This document shows, in pieces, positions 63,583-64,000 of a stretch of 64,000 nucleotides of DNA. Position numbers and translations under genes: made by a program. Source of the stretch: Eledone cirrhosa (Eukaryota); assembly GCA_964016885.1 (NCBI GenBank), contig OZ024746.1, positions 2,542,001-2,606,000 of the forward strand. The letters run 5' to 3'. The notes under the pieces are model-generated. The model made no database searches. It saw only the letters and a list, made by a program, of their open reading frames with translations, and was not told the origin of the DNA. Each line of letters starts with the position of its first letter. Position 1 is the stretch's first letter.

Positions 63583-64000
63583 CCGCCTCTACTATGTAAC
63601 AAGAGTTGTACGTGCGGAAAATCAATATCCAGCTTCTGGCTCCAAATTTCTTTCTCTTCTCCCTCACTTCTATCTCTTATATTTTACTCTAACGTTGAAA
63701 TTTTCTGCTATTCTTTTCACAATTGAAATATTTTTCTTTTCCCCTTTAAAATTGTCTTTCTCTACTATTGTTTAGTTCTTCATTGTTTCAGAATGTTTAA
63801 GCATTTTTCATTGAGTCGCACTTATTTCGTCTTGAAGTTTACAATTGTTTTACTCTACCAAAAGCATTTACAGAAGTTGTGAAATTGCTATCTTCTCCAT
63901 TCAGGGAATTTCCTCCCAAAGAAAATTATAAATAAACAAAAAAAAAAAATAGCTATTATTGTTCCGTGAAATATTGAGTGGATTGAATTTTATTTCTAAA

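Overview
AT-rich, microsatellite-saturated animal genomic DNA. The SINE/LINE repertoire and (TA)n/(CA)n load are most consistent with an octopus/coleoid cephalopod, which is inference and not a database match. No complete host gene is visible. There is one good minus-strand coding exon (1860-1986) and a few weak exon candidates. The window is otherwise mostly transposon debris: at least 8 young tRNA-derived SINEs, two RTE-type LINE subfamilies (one 5'-truncated copy with an uninterrupted RT/zinc-finger ORF inside a (TA)n tract), a Gypsy LTR remnant with a tRNA-Trp PBS and 4-bp TSD inside a minisatellite, a Penelope-like ORF fragment, a Helitron, and mariner-, piggyBac- and Chapaev-like DNA elements. 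Several minisatellites account for most long ORFs in the track. The main hidden signal is a set of type I hammerhead ribozyme motifs: six with an intact catalytic core and about four degenerate. Most lie in Penelope-like fold-back elements inserted next to (TA)n tracts. Two otherwise dissimilar elements share an ATGCAAAT octamer - 30/31 nt - AAAGTATATATT - about 50 nt - hammerhead cassette, a candidate POU-responsive promoter coupled to a ribozyme. All identities and alignments were judged by eye.
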